This document shows, piece by piece, positions 53,919-62,864 of a stretch of DNA of 64,000 nt. This DNA comes from Deltaproteobacteria bacterium UBA6601. GTDB lineage: Bacteria > Myxococcota_A > UBA796 > UBA9615. Positions within the stretch are counted from its first letter, which is position 1; each line of letters starts with the position of its first letter. The stretch is taken from assembly GCA_002433485.1 (NCBI GenBank), contig DJIF01000130.1, positions 26,553 to 90,552 of the forward strand, in the 5' to 3' direction. The position numbers and the translations under genes are program-made. A model generated the notes under the pieces. It was not told the origin of the DNA and searched no databases. It saw only the letters and a list, made by a program, of their open reading frames with translations.

Positions 53919-54455
53919 CTAGGAGGAGTCAGGCTCCGGATCGGCTGGCGCATCTTCTGCCAGTGGTTTGAGCCTGAAGCTGGCCTGAATCTCTAAACTA
54001 TGCTCGGTCATCAAGGCGCGCAGGTCGTCGCCTATCTTAAGCTTCTCCAGGTACATCCGGACCTCTCTTGCCACCAGCCCGACCAGCTCCTCTCGACCTT
54101 TGGCAGTCATCCGTACGGCGCCGGTCAGGAACTCTCGGGGCTTTACCTCTTCACCGGCTTCTCTAAGGCGCCCAGTCGTCTGATTTACTGCTTCAGCTCC
54201 AACCCTTAGCAACCGGGTTGCGAGATCACCGAGGCCACCATCCCGGGCACTGGTTCGGAACTCTTCACCATCTGCGTGCAGGCTGAACTCAGCTCGAAAC
54301 GCATCAGACTCCTGGTCTTGCTGGCGGCCTGGGTCACCTTCGGCTGCAGCCCCCCCTGGGCCTTCATGGTCGTCTTGAGGCGCGGTGTCGCCGGTCGGCT
54401 CCGTTGATTCTGGCACTGCCTCGCTGTCGGTCATCGCCTCTTCCTTCCGCTGCAT
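53919..54455 (-). CDS. hypothetical acidic protein (possibly phasin-like; unassigned)
   Basis: 178-aa ORF, Asp/Glu-rich N-terminus and helical C-terminal half. No motif recognised. Confidence 0.35.
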   Translation of the reverse strand: MQRKEEAMTDSEAVPESTEPTGDTAPQDDHEGPGGAAAEGDPGRQQDQESDAFRAEFSLHADGEEFRTSARDGGLGDLATRLLRVGAEAVNQTTGRLREAGEEVKPREFLTGAVRMTAKGREELVGLVAREVRMYLEKLKIGDDLRALMTEHSLEIQASFRLKPLAEDAPADPEPDSS

Positions 54456-54802
54456 GCGGGGTCCTTGCCCTTTGCTCGGCGCGATCTGCGCGCTTTCTTC
54501 CAGTTCCGCGGGTCTTCGCCATCCCAGTCTTCTGCAATGATGTCCTGCAGTTCTTCCACGTAGGAGCAGGACTCCGGCAGCATGCCTCGCAAGACCGCCG
54601 ATGGGTCGACCTTGTTACATTGGGGCTCCGCTTCGAAGCGAGCCCCGTAGACCTTACAGTTACGAGTTTCCAGGTCCAGGTATCGACACGGGACGTCGGT
54701 TGAAACCCAGCGACCGCCCACCCATTCACTCTCAAAGCAGCACTCCGCACAGCGATTGCAGAGCTCCTCCCATTGATGGTGGGTGTAACTACGTCCCAGC
54801 AT
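54431..54802 (-). CDS. YkgJ/UPF0153-family Cys-cluster (CxxCxxCC) protein
   Basis: Start placed at internal M (MLGRSYTHHQ…; AGAGG RBS) so that CNRCAECC lies near the N-terminus as in the family. Later CRYLDL…C…C pattern. The track ORF (to 54973) adds 57 codons including a (HK)3 stretch. Confidence 0.5.
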   Translation of the reverse strand: MLGRSYTHHQWEELCNRCAECCFESEWVGGRWVSTDVPCRYLDLETRNCKVYGARFEAEPQCNKVDPSAVLRGMLPESCSYVEELQDIIAEDWDGEDPRNWKKARRSRRAKGKDPACSGRKRR

Positions 54803-55001
54803 CTGAAGAACCTCTAGGCGTGGATGCGAACTTCGGGCAGCACGCGGCATGGGAAAGATCATAACTCGACTAGACGTCGGGCAACACCGCGTGCGGACGA
54901 AGTGGACCGGTGGCATGAACAGGGAGCAAGGCTTGTGCTTGTGCTTGTAGGCCAGTGCACCCTCTGATACCAAAGGGCATCTACCGTGCCGAGGAGGCCC
55001 C

Positions 55002-57347
55002 TTGACCAGTAAAAATACTGCCAGCGGCTATACGCCACCGGGTTTGCCGGTCCTGTTCTACCTGCCCACCCTGCTGTTGGTGATTCTGCTGCAAGCTGGA
55101 TTATCAGGGGTCCTGGTTTGGGGCATCCTTTGCTATCTGGGTGCCGAACGATTCTTCCCTCGCCGCCCCCGCAGACATCTGGCGGGAGTAGTCTTGAATC
55201 TATTCGGCGCGGTCTGCATCATCTTTCTGACCGCAAATGGCGTGCGTCCCTTGGCACTGCTCCTGTTTGTGCCGGGCATCGTGTTGGCGGGGGTTCCGCC
55301 GCTGCTATCTCCTACCGCCCGATCGCGTATTGAGGCCGCTCCCATCAGTTGCGCGATGCTCTCTATGCTGAGTGTGCTTGGCCTCTACAGTCTGGGCGTC
55401 TGGCAAGGTTCTCTGCCGGCGATCAACGACGATTTTCTGTTTGAGTTGCGTCAGGATGAGAGTCCCGAGCCGCTCAGCGAGGCTGAGCGGCTGGCAGCCA
55501 TGGCGGTGGTTGATGCGGTCTTAGGTGGCGCCGACCTCGACATCAACAGTCTGCCCGCACGGCTCGGCTCCAAACACTACGGAAGAGTTTGGGTGACTTT
55601 GTACCGCAATTCGGTAAAGGATCGCTGGTTGCGCGGTGAATCGCCGCCCCACAAGCCCCTTTATGGTCAGATCGCGTTGGCGGCTCGGAGCGCCATGGAG
55701 CAAAGCAAGACTGCGCATGGCTGGCAGCAGGGTGAGGAGTTGCGGGTTCAAATCGACCTTGGCGGACCGGAGACTGAGATCCTACCCAACTTGTTGCGTA
55801 GCGGCCTGCGCAAGCTTATCGCCAGCTTTACCGGCGGCCGTCCGCACTGGGATCTGTTGGTCTACCGCACGGAGCCAGGGGTGGTCGGTCTACGCATGAA
55901 CGGCGATGGTGGTGCTGGGGTGGTTCTGCCCGGCGATGTGACCAGCGACTCGCTGCTCACGCCTCGATCACTCAAACGGCGCTATCGAACCGACAACTTT
56001 GAGGCGGTCTGGAACGAACTCAGTCGCCGAGCTCAGCAGCCCAAGGCAGAGCCGGGCTCCTTGCCATTCTGGACCTTCAGAACCTACTCCTTTGTCCGTC
56101 CGCTGCCTGCTGAACCGAGAACCGTGGAGCTGTTTCGAGGCAATGTTCTGGGGCCAGAGCAGGTGGACGAGCGGATCCTTCTTGACGCAATCGACCGCGC
56201 AGGCCGTTGGCTGCTCGAGCAGGTGGAGGAAGATGGGCGCTTCGACTACCAATACTTCCCCTCTAGCGACAGTCACGGCAAGGGCTACAACGAAGTGCGC
56301 CATGCAGGTTCCGTATATGGCCTCTTCCACATGGCTGACCTGTGCGCCCAGGAGCCCAGCCTGAGATCTCAGCGAGACGCCTATTTGAATGCAGGCACCC
56401 TTGCTATGGAGCGGGTCTACCGCAACCTGGGAACGCCACCAGGCATGCCGGCAGAACGGGGCTATGTAACCTTTCTCGAAGGCAAGCGCGGACGTAAGAG
56501 CAACTCCGGTTCGCCAGCCTTAACCTTGCTCGGCTTCTTGATGCGTCCCGCGCCCGCAGATGTGAGCTCACCCGAACTCCAGTCGAAGGTCTGGAAGGAA
56601 GGTGATGAGGCGATTATGGAGGGGTTAGCGAAGACGCTGCTGCACATGATCGATGACGACGGCAAGGTCTATCGATTGTGGAAGGAGGCCCTCGAAGGCG
56701 GGGGAGTCGTCAAGGAACCCCTTTACTTTCCTGGCGAGGTGATGCTGGCACTGGCGCGCTACTACGAGAGGACCGGAGATGAAGTTTGGCTGGAGGGGGC
56801 GCGGTCGATCGGCCGACGCCAGATTCGTCATGCCCGCAAGCCCTGGGTAGTGCCTGATCACTGGGTCATGCAAGCCCTGGACATTCTGGACCGAACCGAC
56901 CCCGGTAACGACGAATGGCGCTCCGGCGCATATGCCATGGGAGCCCGGTACGTGCGCGAGCAGTTCCCACCCCAGCGCCCCCCTTTCTCAGACTACATCG
57001 GCGCCTTTCGGCGGGTTCAGGAAGTCCCGAGGACGACCCGTGCGGCGGCTCGCGGTGAGGCCATCGGAGGAGTGGTCAGAATTGCTTGGCGCGCGGGCCA
57101 TCCAAGCTGGCAGTGGGAGCGCTCACTTATTGAAGGATCTCGACATCTTATCGAACAAATGTTTACGTCTGACAATAGCTATTTCATGGCCAACCCCGCC
57201 GAGGCGAAAGGAGCGGTGCGAATGGGCATTGTCGACACCCACTGTCGCATCGACAACAATCAACACGCAGTGGTCGCCCTAAGCAACGCCTTGACTGCGC
57301 TTCGTCATCGCAGGCCCGGCTGGGGCGGTCGCGGAGAGGGCCCTTGA
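55002..57347 (+). CDS. polytopic membrane protein with AMMECR1-like middle domain and C-terminal (alpha/alpha)6-toroid-like domain
   Basis: About 5 TM helices in residues 1-150. Residues approximately 180-340 match the AMMECR1 pattern (RVWVTLYRN…WLRGESPP…GLRMNGDGGAGVVLPGDV…W) but with Cys of LRGCIG replaced. C-terminal approximately 430 aa is helix-rich with paired-helix periodicity. Unassigned family. Confidence 0.5.
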   Translation: MTSKNTASGYTPPGLPVLFYLPTLLLVILLQAGLSGVLVWGILCYLGAERFFPRRPRRHLAGVVLNLFGAVCIIFLTANGVRPLALLLFVPGIVLAGVPPLLSPTARSRIEAAPISCAMLSMLSVLGLYSLGVWQGSLPAINDDFLFELRQDESPEPLSEAERLAAMAVVDAVLGGADLDINSLPARLGSKHYGRVWVTLYRNSVKDRWLRGESPPHKPLYGQIALAARSAMEQSKTAHGWQQGEELRVQIDLGGPETEILPNLLRSGLRKLIASFTGGRPHWDLLVYRTEPGVVGLRMNGDGGAGVVLPGDVTSDSLLTPRSLKRRYRTDNFEAVWNELSRRAQQPKAEPGSLPFWTFRTYSFVRPLPAEPRTVELFRGNVLGPEQVDERILLDAIDRAGRWLLEQVEEDGRFDYQYFPSSDSHGKGYNEVRHAGSVYGLFHMADLCAQEPSLRSQRDAYLNAGTLAMERVYRNLGTPPGMPAERGYVTFLEGKRGRKSNSGSPALTLLGFLMRPAPADVSSPELQSKVWKEGDEAIMEGLAKTLLHMIDDDGKVYRLWKEALEGGGVVKEPLYFPGEVMLALARYYERTGDEVWLEGARSIGRRQIRHARKPWVVPDHWVMQALDILDRTDPGNDEWRSGAYAMGARYVREQFPPQRPPFSDYIGAFRRVQEVPRTTRAAARGEAIGGVVRIAWRAGHPSWQWERSLIEGSRHLIEQMFTSDNSYFMANPAEAKGAVRMGIVDTHCRIDNNQHAVVALSNALTALRHRRPGWGGRGEGP

Positions 57348-58867
57348 TGGAGGAGCCCTGCAGGCTTCCATCACCGACACAGGCTGCAACGACGGGGATG
57401 CTGGCGGTTTTCCTGGTGGCCATTGGTTTCGCCACCCAAACCATCGCTCGCGACAACCCTGCAGGTAGCGAGCTGCAAGGCGCATCCGCACTGGCCAGGC
57501 AGGTGGCAAGAGGGACCGGTCAGGTGTTGGGGGGTGGGGGGCTCTCGGCGCCGCAACTGGGGATGACCCTGGTCTCCGGCGCGGGGGATGTGGTCCAGTT
57601 GGATGAGCTGATTGCAGCTGGTCCAGCGGTGTTGTTCTATTTCAGCGCTGGGTGCTCTCATTGCGAAGAGGTCGCCCCGGAGATTGGCAGGCTCGGTCAG
57701 CGACTCAATGCGGATGCAGCGCTGATCGCGATCGCCAGTGGCAGCAATAGCCTCAGCGCAGCGCGCGACTTTGTGGCCCGTCATCAACTACCCGGATCTG
57801 TTTACAAGGACTTCAGTCGTCAATTCAGTTCTCGAAATCGCCTGCAATCGACCCCCAGCGTGTTGCTGACCGCTCCCTCCCCTGAGCCCGGCGGGTTCGA
57901 GACTCTGGCCGAATACCGCCCCTTTGCACCAGGCATGTCGCTGCTGGTCGAGATGCGCCTGGCCAGCCATCTCGGGGAGGACCCCTGGTCCCGAGTGGAA
58001 CAGGGCCAGTACTACGGCCCCAAGGCCTGCGGTGCCTGCCATCTTGACGAGTACATGTCCTGGGGCTTGAGTCACCACTCCATTGCCTATTGGACCTTGC
58101 ACAAAGGGCAGCGAGCAGAGGACCCCGCCTGTGTTGGGTGTCATGTCACAGGTATGGGAGAGCCCTCAGGCTTTGTGCTTGGAGATCATCACTCGCCCCT
58201 TGCAGATGTTGGGTGTGAGGCTTGCCATGGACCCGGTGGCGCCCACGGCGGATCGAGCAGGGACCCAAAGCTTTCGTGTGAGACCTGCCACGACAAGGAC
58301 CACTCGGTTCGATTTGACCTGGAACGTGCCTTACCGCATGTCGACCACTTTCGGCCCGAGATCCTGGAACCGGTGGCGTATCGAGAGCTTCGTCAGGCCC
58401 TTGTCGATGGTCGCGCTGAGCGGCCGCTAATGGCCTTTCCAAAAGGCAAGCATCTGGGCCAGGGAGCTTGTGTTTCCTGTCACCCGGCAGCCAGCAAGGG
58501 ATGGCGCAGCGGTCCTCATGCGGGCGCCTTGAAGACGCTCACCAAAAGAAACGCACAGCACAACCCAGAGTGCATCTCCTGCCATGACCTGGCGCGAGAT
58601 TCAGATGCGGCAGAACGGGGCTACTTCGGCGAAGGTGTGTCCTGTGAGAGTTGCCACGGCCCCGGCGAGCAACATGTGGCGGCCAGAGGTGGCACCGACA
58701 ACATCCTTGGGCTGGGAAGCTCCTGTCCTGAGTGCATTATTGAGGCTCTATGTACGAGCTGTCACACTCCTGAGCAGGACCCGAGCTGGAGCCTGACGGG
58801 GGATCTCGATCGACTGAAACGTTGGCATCGCGCTCCTGCCCCTGCTCGACGACCAGCTTCACCTTGA
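57344..58867 (+). CDS. thioredoxin-fold (TlpA/ResA-like CxxC) domain fused to octahaem c-type cytochrome
   Basis: N-terminal hydrophobic anchor, Trx-like FYFSAGCSHCEEVAPE, then eight CxxCH motifs (CGACH, CVGCH, CEACH, CETCH, CVSCH, CISCH, CESCH, CTSCH). ATGA overlap with upstream gene. Confidence 0.65.
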   Translation: MMEEPCRLPSPTQAATTGMLAVFLVAIGFATQTIARDNPAGSELQGASALARQVARGTGQVLGGGGLSAPQLGMTLVSGAGDVVQLDELIAAGPAVLFYFSAGCSHCEEVAPEIGRLGQRLNADAALIAIASGSNSLSAARDFVARHQLPGSVYKDFSRQFSSRNRLQSTPSVLLTAPSPEPGGFETLAEYRPFAPGMSLLVEMRLASHLGEDPWSRVEQGQYYGPKACGACHLDEYMSWGLSHHSIAYWTLHKGQRAEDPACVGCHVTGMGEPSGFVLGDHHSPLADVGCEACHGPGGAHGGSSRDPKLSCETCHDKDHSVRFDLERALPHVDHFRPEILEPVAYRELRQALVDGRAERPLMAFPKGKHLGQGACVSCHPAASKGWRSGPHAGALKTLTKRNAQHNPECISCHDLARDSDAAERGYFGEGVSCESCHGPGEQHVAARGGTDNILGLGSSCPECIIEALCTSCHTPEQDPSWSLTGDLDRLKRWHRAPAPARRPASP

Positions 58868-61415
58868 GCATTTCGGCCACCGCCGGCAGAAGTTGTTCGG
58901 CATTGGCCTTGAGCTTGCGAGTACCTTCCGGCAGCGACGCAAGAAAGCGTCGACCATAACTACGTCGATGGATGCGCGAGTCGAGCACCAGCACCACCCC
59001 TGAATCGGTGCGGTGTCGAATCAGTCGGCCAAAGCCCTGCCGGAAGCGCAGCACCGCTTGTGGCACCGCCAGAGCGCGGAAGGGATCAAGCCCCCGACGT
59101 TGGAGCAGCTCTGCCCTTGCCACCTGAATGGGATCGGTAGGCACCCGGAACGGCAAGCGCGGAATGATAACCACCTTAAGGGCATCACCACGCACATCGA
59201 CTCCCTCCCAGAACGAATCCGTGCCGCACAGAACTGCCTTGCCGGCGTCTCGAAACAGTGTGAGGAGTCGTTCCCGGGGAAGGTCACCCTGGCGCAGAAT
59301 CGAGTACCTCGGTCCCAGCTTGTGGCTCAGCCGCGAGGAGACCTGGCGCAACATTCGGTATGAGGTAAACAGCACAAAACAGCGCCCCTCACTGAGAGTC
59401 GCAACCCGCGCAACCAGCTCAACCACAGCTTCCAGGTGACCCGCTTCATTGGGCTCAGGAAAGTCGCTTGGCAGCCCCACCAGCGCCTGGCGACTGTAGT
59501 CAAAGGGCGAGCGAATGGTCAGGGTGCGTAGGCGTTCCTGAGCATCCTCTTGTCGCCCAAGGCCGGTGCGATCCAAGAAGTGATCAAAGCTATTGGCAAC
59601 CGACAACGTAGCTGAGGTGAGCACCAGCGAACGGCTGCCCTCCACCAACAGCTCGCGGATGATCTCCTCGACGTCGACCGGGCGTAACGAGAACCGGGCA
59701 CTTGGGACATCGTCGTCGGCGCTTTGAACCTGCCCCCAACGAACCGTCTGCGGGTCCTCCGGCAGCATGCGACCCAGCGAAGAAGCGGCATCTACCAGTC
59801 GTCGCTGCACCGTGGCCATATCCAGATCAACCTGCCGAAATCGGCTTCGAAATGCCTGCGGCATGTCTTCTAGATGGCTGCGGACAATGCCAACCTTCTG
59901 TGCGGTTCGGGTGAGAGATGCTGCAAGCTCATCAAAGCGCTCGTTGAGACGCTCGAACAAGGCGGGACGAGCGTCGTGGAGCTGGTCGTCAAAGCGAAAG
60001 CTACCGGACCTGGATGCTCCTGCCCTCCCCGAGCGAGCCAGCTGGTCCCCTTCCAGATCGGCTTCGTTGACTGCCTCGAGCAGATCCCAACCTACATCCT
60101 CAAGGTGTAACCGCGCCTTCTCCCTGCAGCGTTCAGTAGCTTCCAGCAGAGAGTCCAGGGCTTTGGCCAGATTGAGTTCTTCATCCTCACTGCCAGCCCC
60201 TTCCAGCCCCTGCCGAAGTCGCACAGCCAGCCCCTTGCGCCGACCGCGAACCGGACGAAGCCGGCCCAGTTGCCGCAGAATCCCGCGCCCGGTGACATCC
60301 CTGCCGGCGAAGTCAGTCGCCACATCTTCGATGTGATGGGCCTCGTCGAGGACGATGTGGTCGTAGCGAGGCAGGAGCCCACCAGGGACGCCCTGCAGGC
60401 GAAGCCCCAGATCGGCGAGCAGCAGGTGATGATTGACCACCAGCACCTGTGCCTTAGCGGCCTGGCGTCGACTCTGATAGTAGAAGCAGCTGTTGTAGTG
60501 CTTACAGCGGGCCCTGAGACTGTGCTCGGTAGAGCTCTCTACACGTTCCCATAAAGAGTGGTCTGGGACGAAGGGCAGGTCGTCCCGCTCGCCATTGGGG
60601 GTGACTGCCGACCAGCGCTCCAGCTCCTCGAGGAAAGCGCGTTCTTCAGGTTCTGCATCTTCGCGCGCTTCCGACAGCCGGTCCTCCAGCTTTCGTCGGC
60701 ACAAATAGTTACTTCGACCCTTCAATATAGCCAGTTCAAGTTCTGGAAAAAGCTCTTTAATTACTGGCGCATCATGGTCCACGAGCTGCTGCTGGAGATT
60801 GCGCGTTCTGGTCGCGACGGCCACTCGCTCGCCACCCTGCAGCGCGCGCAGCACACTGGGCACCAGATAAGCCAGCGACTTCCCGGTGCCGGTACCAGCC
60901 TCAACGACCAGCACCGCGCCATCGTTCTGAGCGCTGGCCACTGCCTCTGCCATTTCCAGCTGTTCTGCGCGGGGCTCATAGCCAGGAAGCCGCGCTCTCA
61001 GGCCTTGGTCGCCCTCAAACACAGCCCGAACCTCAGCGCTGCTGATGTCCCTACGGGTGGTCTTCGGTGGCTCTACAACTACGTAGACCTCGCTGGCCTG
61101 GTTGTTGACGATGAAGAAGCCAATCCCTTCCTGGCCATAGTGGGCGGCGAGGGCTAAATCGGCATCGGATGGGGCCAGAACCCCCGAAGGGTGGTTGTGA
61201 ATAATGACCTCGCCGCTGCGGCCCACCTGCTTTAGTGCGGGCACAGCCCCCTGGTTGCCGCGACAGAAAACTTCTACTTCTGTGACCTTGCCGACTCCCC
61301 CACGGCGCCCCACAAAGAACACTTCGTTGCCACCCGCTCGGTCGATCTCCGTGGCCAGCTCAGTGCGGGCCGCAGGCTGTATGTAGTGGCCGATTGGTGG
61401 ACTTGATGGTGGCAC
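58737..61415 (-). CDS. DinG/Rad3-family ATP-dependent DNA helicase with N-terminal RadC-like JAB/MPN domain
   Basis: N-terminal approximately 130 aa: RadC-JAB signature …EVIIHNHPSGVLAPSDADLALA…. Helicase motif I EAGTGTGKSLAYL, DEAH box VLDEAHHIED, three Cys in the Fe-S insertion region (LCRRK…RARCKHYNSCFY), C-terminal RecA-like domain. Confidence 0.75.
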   Translation of the reverse strand: MPPSSPPIGHYIQPAARTELATEIDRAGGNEVFFVGRRGGVGKVTEVEVFCRGNQGAVPALKQVGRSGEVIIHNHPSGVLAPSDADLALAAHYGQEGIGFFIVNNQASEVYVVVEPPKTTRRDISSAEVRAVFEGDQGLRARLPGYEPRAEQLEMAEAVASAQNDGAVLVVEAGTGTGKSLAYLVPSVLRALQGGERVAVATRTRNLQQQLVDHDAPVIKELFPELELAILKGRSNYLCRRKLEDRLSEAREDAEPEERAFLEELERWSAVTPNGERDDLPFVPDHSLWERVESSTEHSLRARCKHYNSCFYYQSRRQAAKAQVLVVNHHLLLADLGLRLQGVPGGLLPRYDHIVLDEAHHIEDVATDFAGRDVTGRGILRQLGRLRPVRGRRKGLAVRLRQGLEGAGSEDEELNLAKALDSLLEATERCREKARLHLEDVGWDLLEAVNEADLEGDQLARSGRAGASRSGSFRFDDQLHDARPALFERLNERFDELAASLTRTAQKVGIVRSHLEDMPQAFRSRFRQVDLDMATVQRRLVDAASSLGRMLPEDPQTVRWGQVQSADDDVPSARFSLRPVDVEEIIRELLVEGSRSLVLTSATLSVANSFDHFLDRTGLGRQEDAQERLRTLTIRSPFDYSRQALVGLPSDFPEPNEAGHLEAVVELVARVATLSEGRCFVLFTSYRMLRQVSSRLSHKLGPRYSILRQGDLPRERLLTLFRDAGKAVLCGTDSFWEGVDVRGDALKVVIIPRLPFRVPTDPIQVARAELLQRRGLDPFRALAVPQAVLRFRQGFGRLIRHRTDSGVVLVLDSRIHRRSYGRRFLASLPEGTRKLKANAEQLLPAVAEMLKVKLVVEQGQERDANVSVDRDPPSGSSSGPAQECDSSYIEPQ

Positions 61416-61497
61416 CGGCGAAGCCTAGCTTGAAAGCAAGCCGCGCGGCTGTGTGTGAGCTGCTAAAAGGTCGGCAACTCATCGTTATGGAATTCCT

Positions 61498-62400
61498 GTG
61501 ACCACTAATGCCGCACATCTTTCCGCAGCTCGGGATTCCCTGCGCGGCCGGGTCGCGATAGTTGGTGTGGGGCAATTGGGACGAGCGCTATTGCGCGAAT
61601 TTTCGGCCGCGGGACTCGGCCCTCTGCGGGCCTGGAATCGCAGCGCGCTTGAACCAAAACCGCCGATCTCAGATGTTGATTGGAGTTTTGGCGGGCTGGC
61701 TCCCGATCCCGCCTGGCTGAACACTGCTTCTGTGGTCCTCCTCTGTGTGCGGGATGACGCGATCGGCGAATGTTCCGCCCGCTTGAGCCTTCCTGCCGGG
61801 ACCAGCCTTATGCACTGTTCAGGGGCTCGAGGCAGCGACGAGCTCCAAAGCAGCGATCTGGTCCACCGGGGCAGCTATCACCCGCTCCAGTCATTCTCTG
61901 ACTGGAGCCCTCTGGGTGACCTAGTTCCGCCCTATGCGGTCGCTTTAGAGGGAGATCCTGAGGCTTTAGACGTGGGCCGGCGGCTGGCCCTGGCAACCGG
62001 GCACCACTCGGTTCAACTGAGCGCGGTCGAAAAGCCCCGATATCACGCCGCGGCGGTTCTCGCTTCCAACTGCCTTGTTGCTCTGCAGAGCGCCGCGGTG
62101 CGAGTTATGCAGGGCTGCACTACAGATGAACAGCAGGCAATCGAGTTGCTTTGGCCTCTGGTACTGGGAACCATCGCCGGACTCGATGGCGGGCGGCCGA
62201 GCGAGGCGATTACCGGACCGGTCATCCGAGGAGATGTAGCTACGGTGCGCGACAATCTGGCCGCGCTGCAAGACGACCCCTCTGCGCGGACCCTGTATGT
62301 GGCTCTTAGCAGGGAAGCGCTGGCGCTCTCAGGCGCTCGAGTCAGCGATGAACTTCACGCTCAGCTGGTCGAACTGTTCACCCAGGTTGCGGAGGACTAG
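61498..62400 (+). CDS. Rossmann-fold NAD(P)-binding protein with DUF2520-like C-terminal domain
   Basis: N-terminal VAIVGVGQLGRAL dinucleotide motif. C-terminal pattern recalling the ProC/ApbA-related DUF2520 proteins. Assignment by resemblance only. Confidence 0.5.
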   Translation: MTTNAAHLSAARDSLRGRVAIVGVGQLGRALLREFSAAGLGPLRAWNRSALEPKPPISDVDWSFGGLAPDPAWLNTASVVLLCVRDDAIGECSARLSLPAGTSLMHCSGARGSDELQSSDLVHRGSYHPLQSFSDWSPLGDLVPPYAVALEGDPEALDVGRRLALATGHHSVQLSAVEKPRYHAAAVLASNCLVALQSAAVRVMQGCTTDEQQAIELLWPLVLGTIAGLDGGRPSEAITGPVIRGDVATVRDNLAALQDDPSARTLYVALSREALALSGARVSDELHAQLVELFTQVAED

Positions 62401-62513
62401 CTGCCATATGGGCAAAGCGGGTCAGAATCTCCCCTGCCCTTTCGTTTCTGGTCCATGGGAACCTATAGTTGAAGCGTGGCCGGGCTAGATGAAGGCCAAC
62501 CGGGACATGAACG

Positions 62514-62681
62514 ATGCTCGACGCCTACATCATTGAGAAGATTAAGCGCGAGCAGGAGCGCGATCGGGCAGAGCGTCAGCCAGCGCGCATCGAGCGCCCG
62601 AGCCCCCCGCAACGCCGACCTCAGGCCCCGCCGGAAGACGGTGAGGAGAGCAATCGCGGCGTAGTGATTATCGAGTTCTGA
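62514..62681 (+). CDS. small hypothetical protein (55 aa)
   Basis: ORF below the track's length cut-off: MLDAYIIEKIKREQERDRAERQPARIERPSPPQRRPQAPPEDGEESNRGVVIIEF. GC3-rich codon usage consistent with the genome. No RBS obvious. Confidence 0.3.
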   Translation: MLDAYIIEKIKREQERDRAERQPARIERPSPPQRRPQAPPEDGEESNRGVVIIEF

Positions 62682-62713
62682 ACACAACTTCGCTAGCCTC
62701 ACGGCGAGGCGAC

Positions 62714-62790
62714 TGGTGGAGTCGGCGGGATTCGAACCCACGGCCTCTGGCTTCGGAGGCCAGCGCTCTATCCAACTGAGCTACGACTCC
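62714..62790 (-). tRNA. tRNA-Arg (anticodon CCG)
   Basis: Reverse complement folds as GGAGTCG/TA/GCTC-AGTTGGATA-GAGC/G/CTGGC-CTCCGAA-GCCAG/AGGCC/GTGGG-TTCGAAT-CCCGC/CGACTCC/ACCA. 7-bp acceptor stem, GTTCGAAT T-loop, encoded CCA. Confidence 0.85.
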
Positions 62791-62864
62791 AGCCGCTCTT
62801 GTATAGCCGCCCTGAAGAGTCCATGGCAACGACCCTGCAGCTCAATATGGGCCATTTAGCGGGC

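Noticed and set aside
54931-54953. (GCTTGT)3 microsatellite / (HK)3 coding stretch
   Set aside because: Only three units. Lies in the probable 5' leader of the YkgJ-like gene. Too short to call a functional repeat.
62463-62741. 92-aa minus-strand ORF
   Set aside because: Overlaps the tRNA-Arg gene on the same strand. No supporting features.
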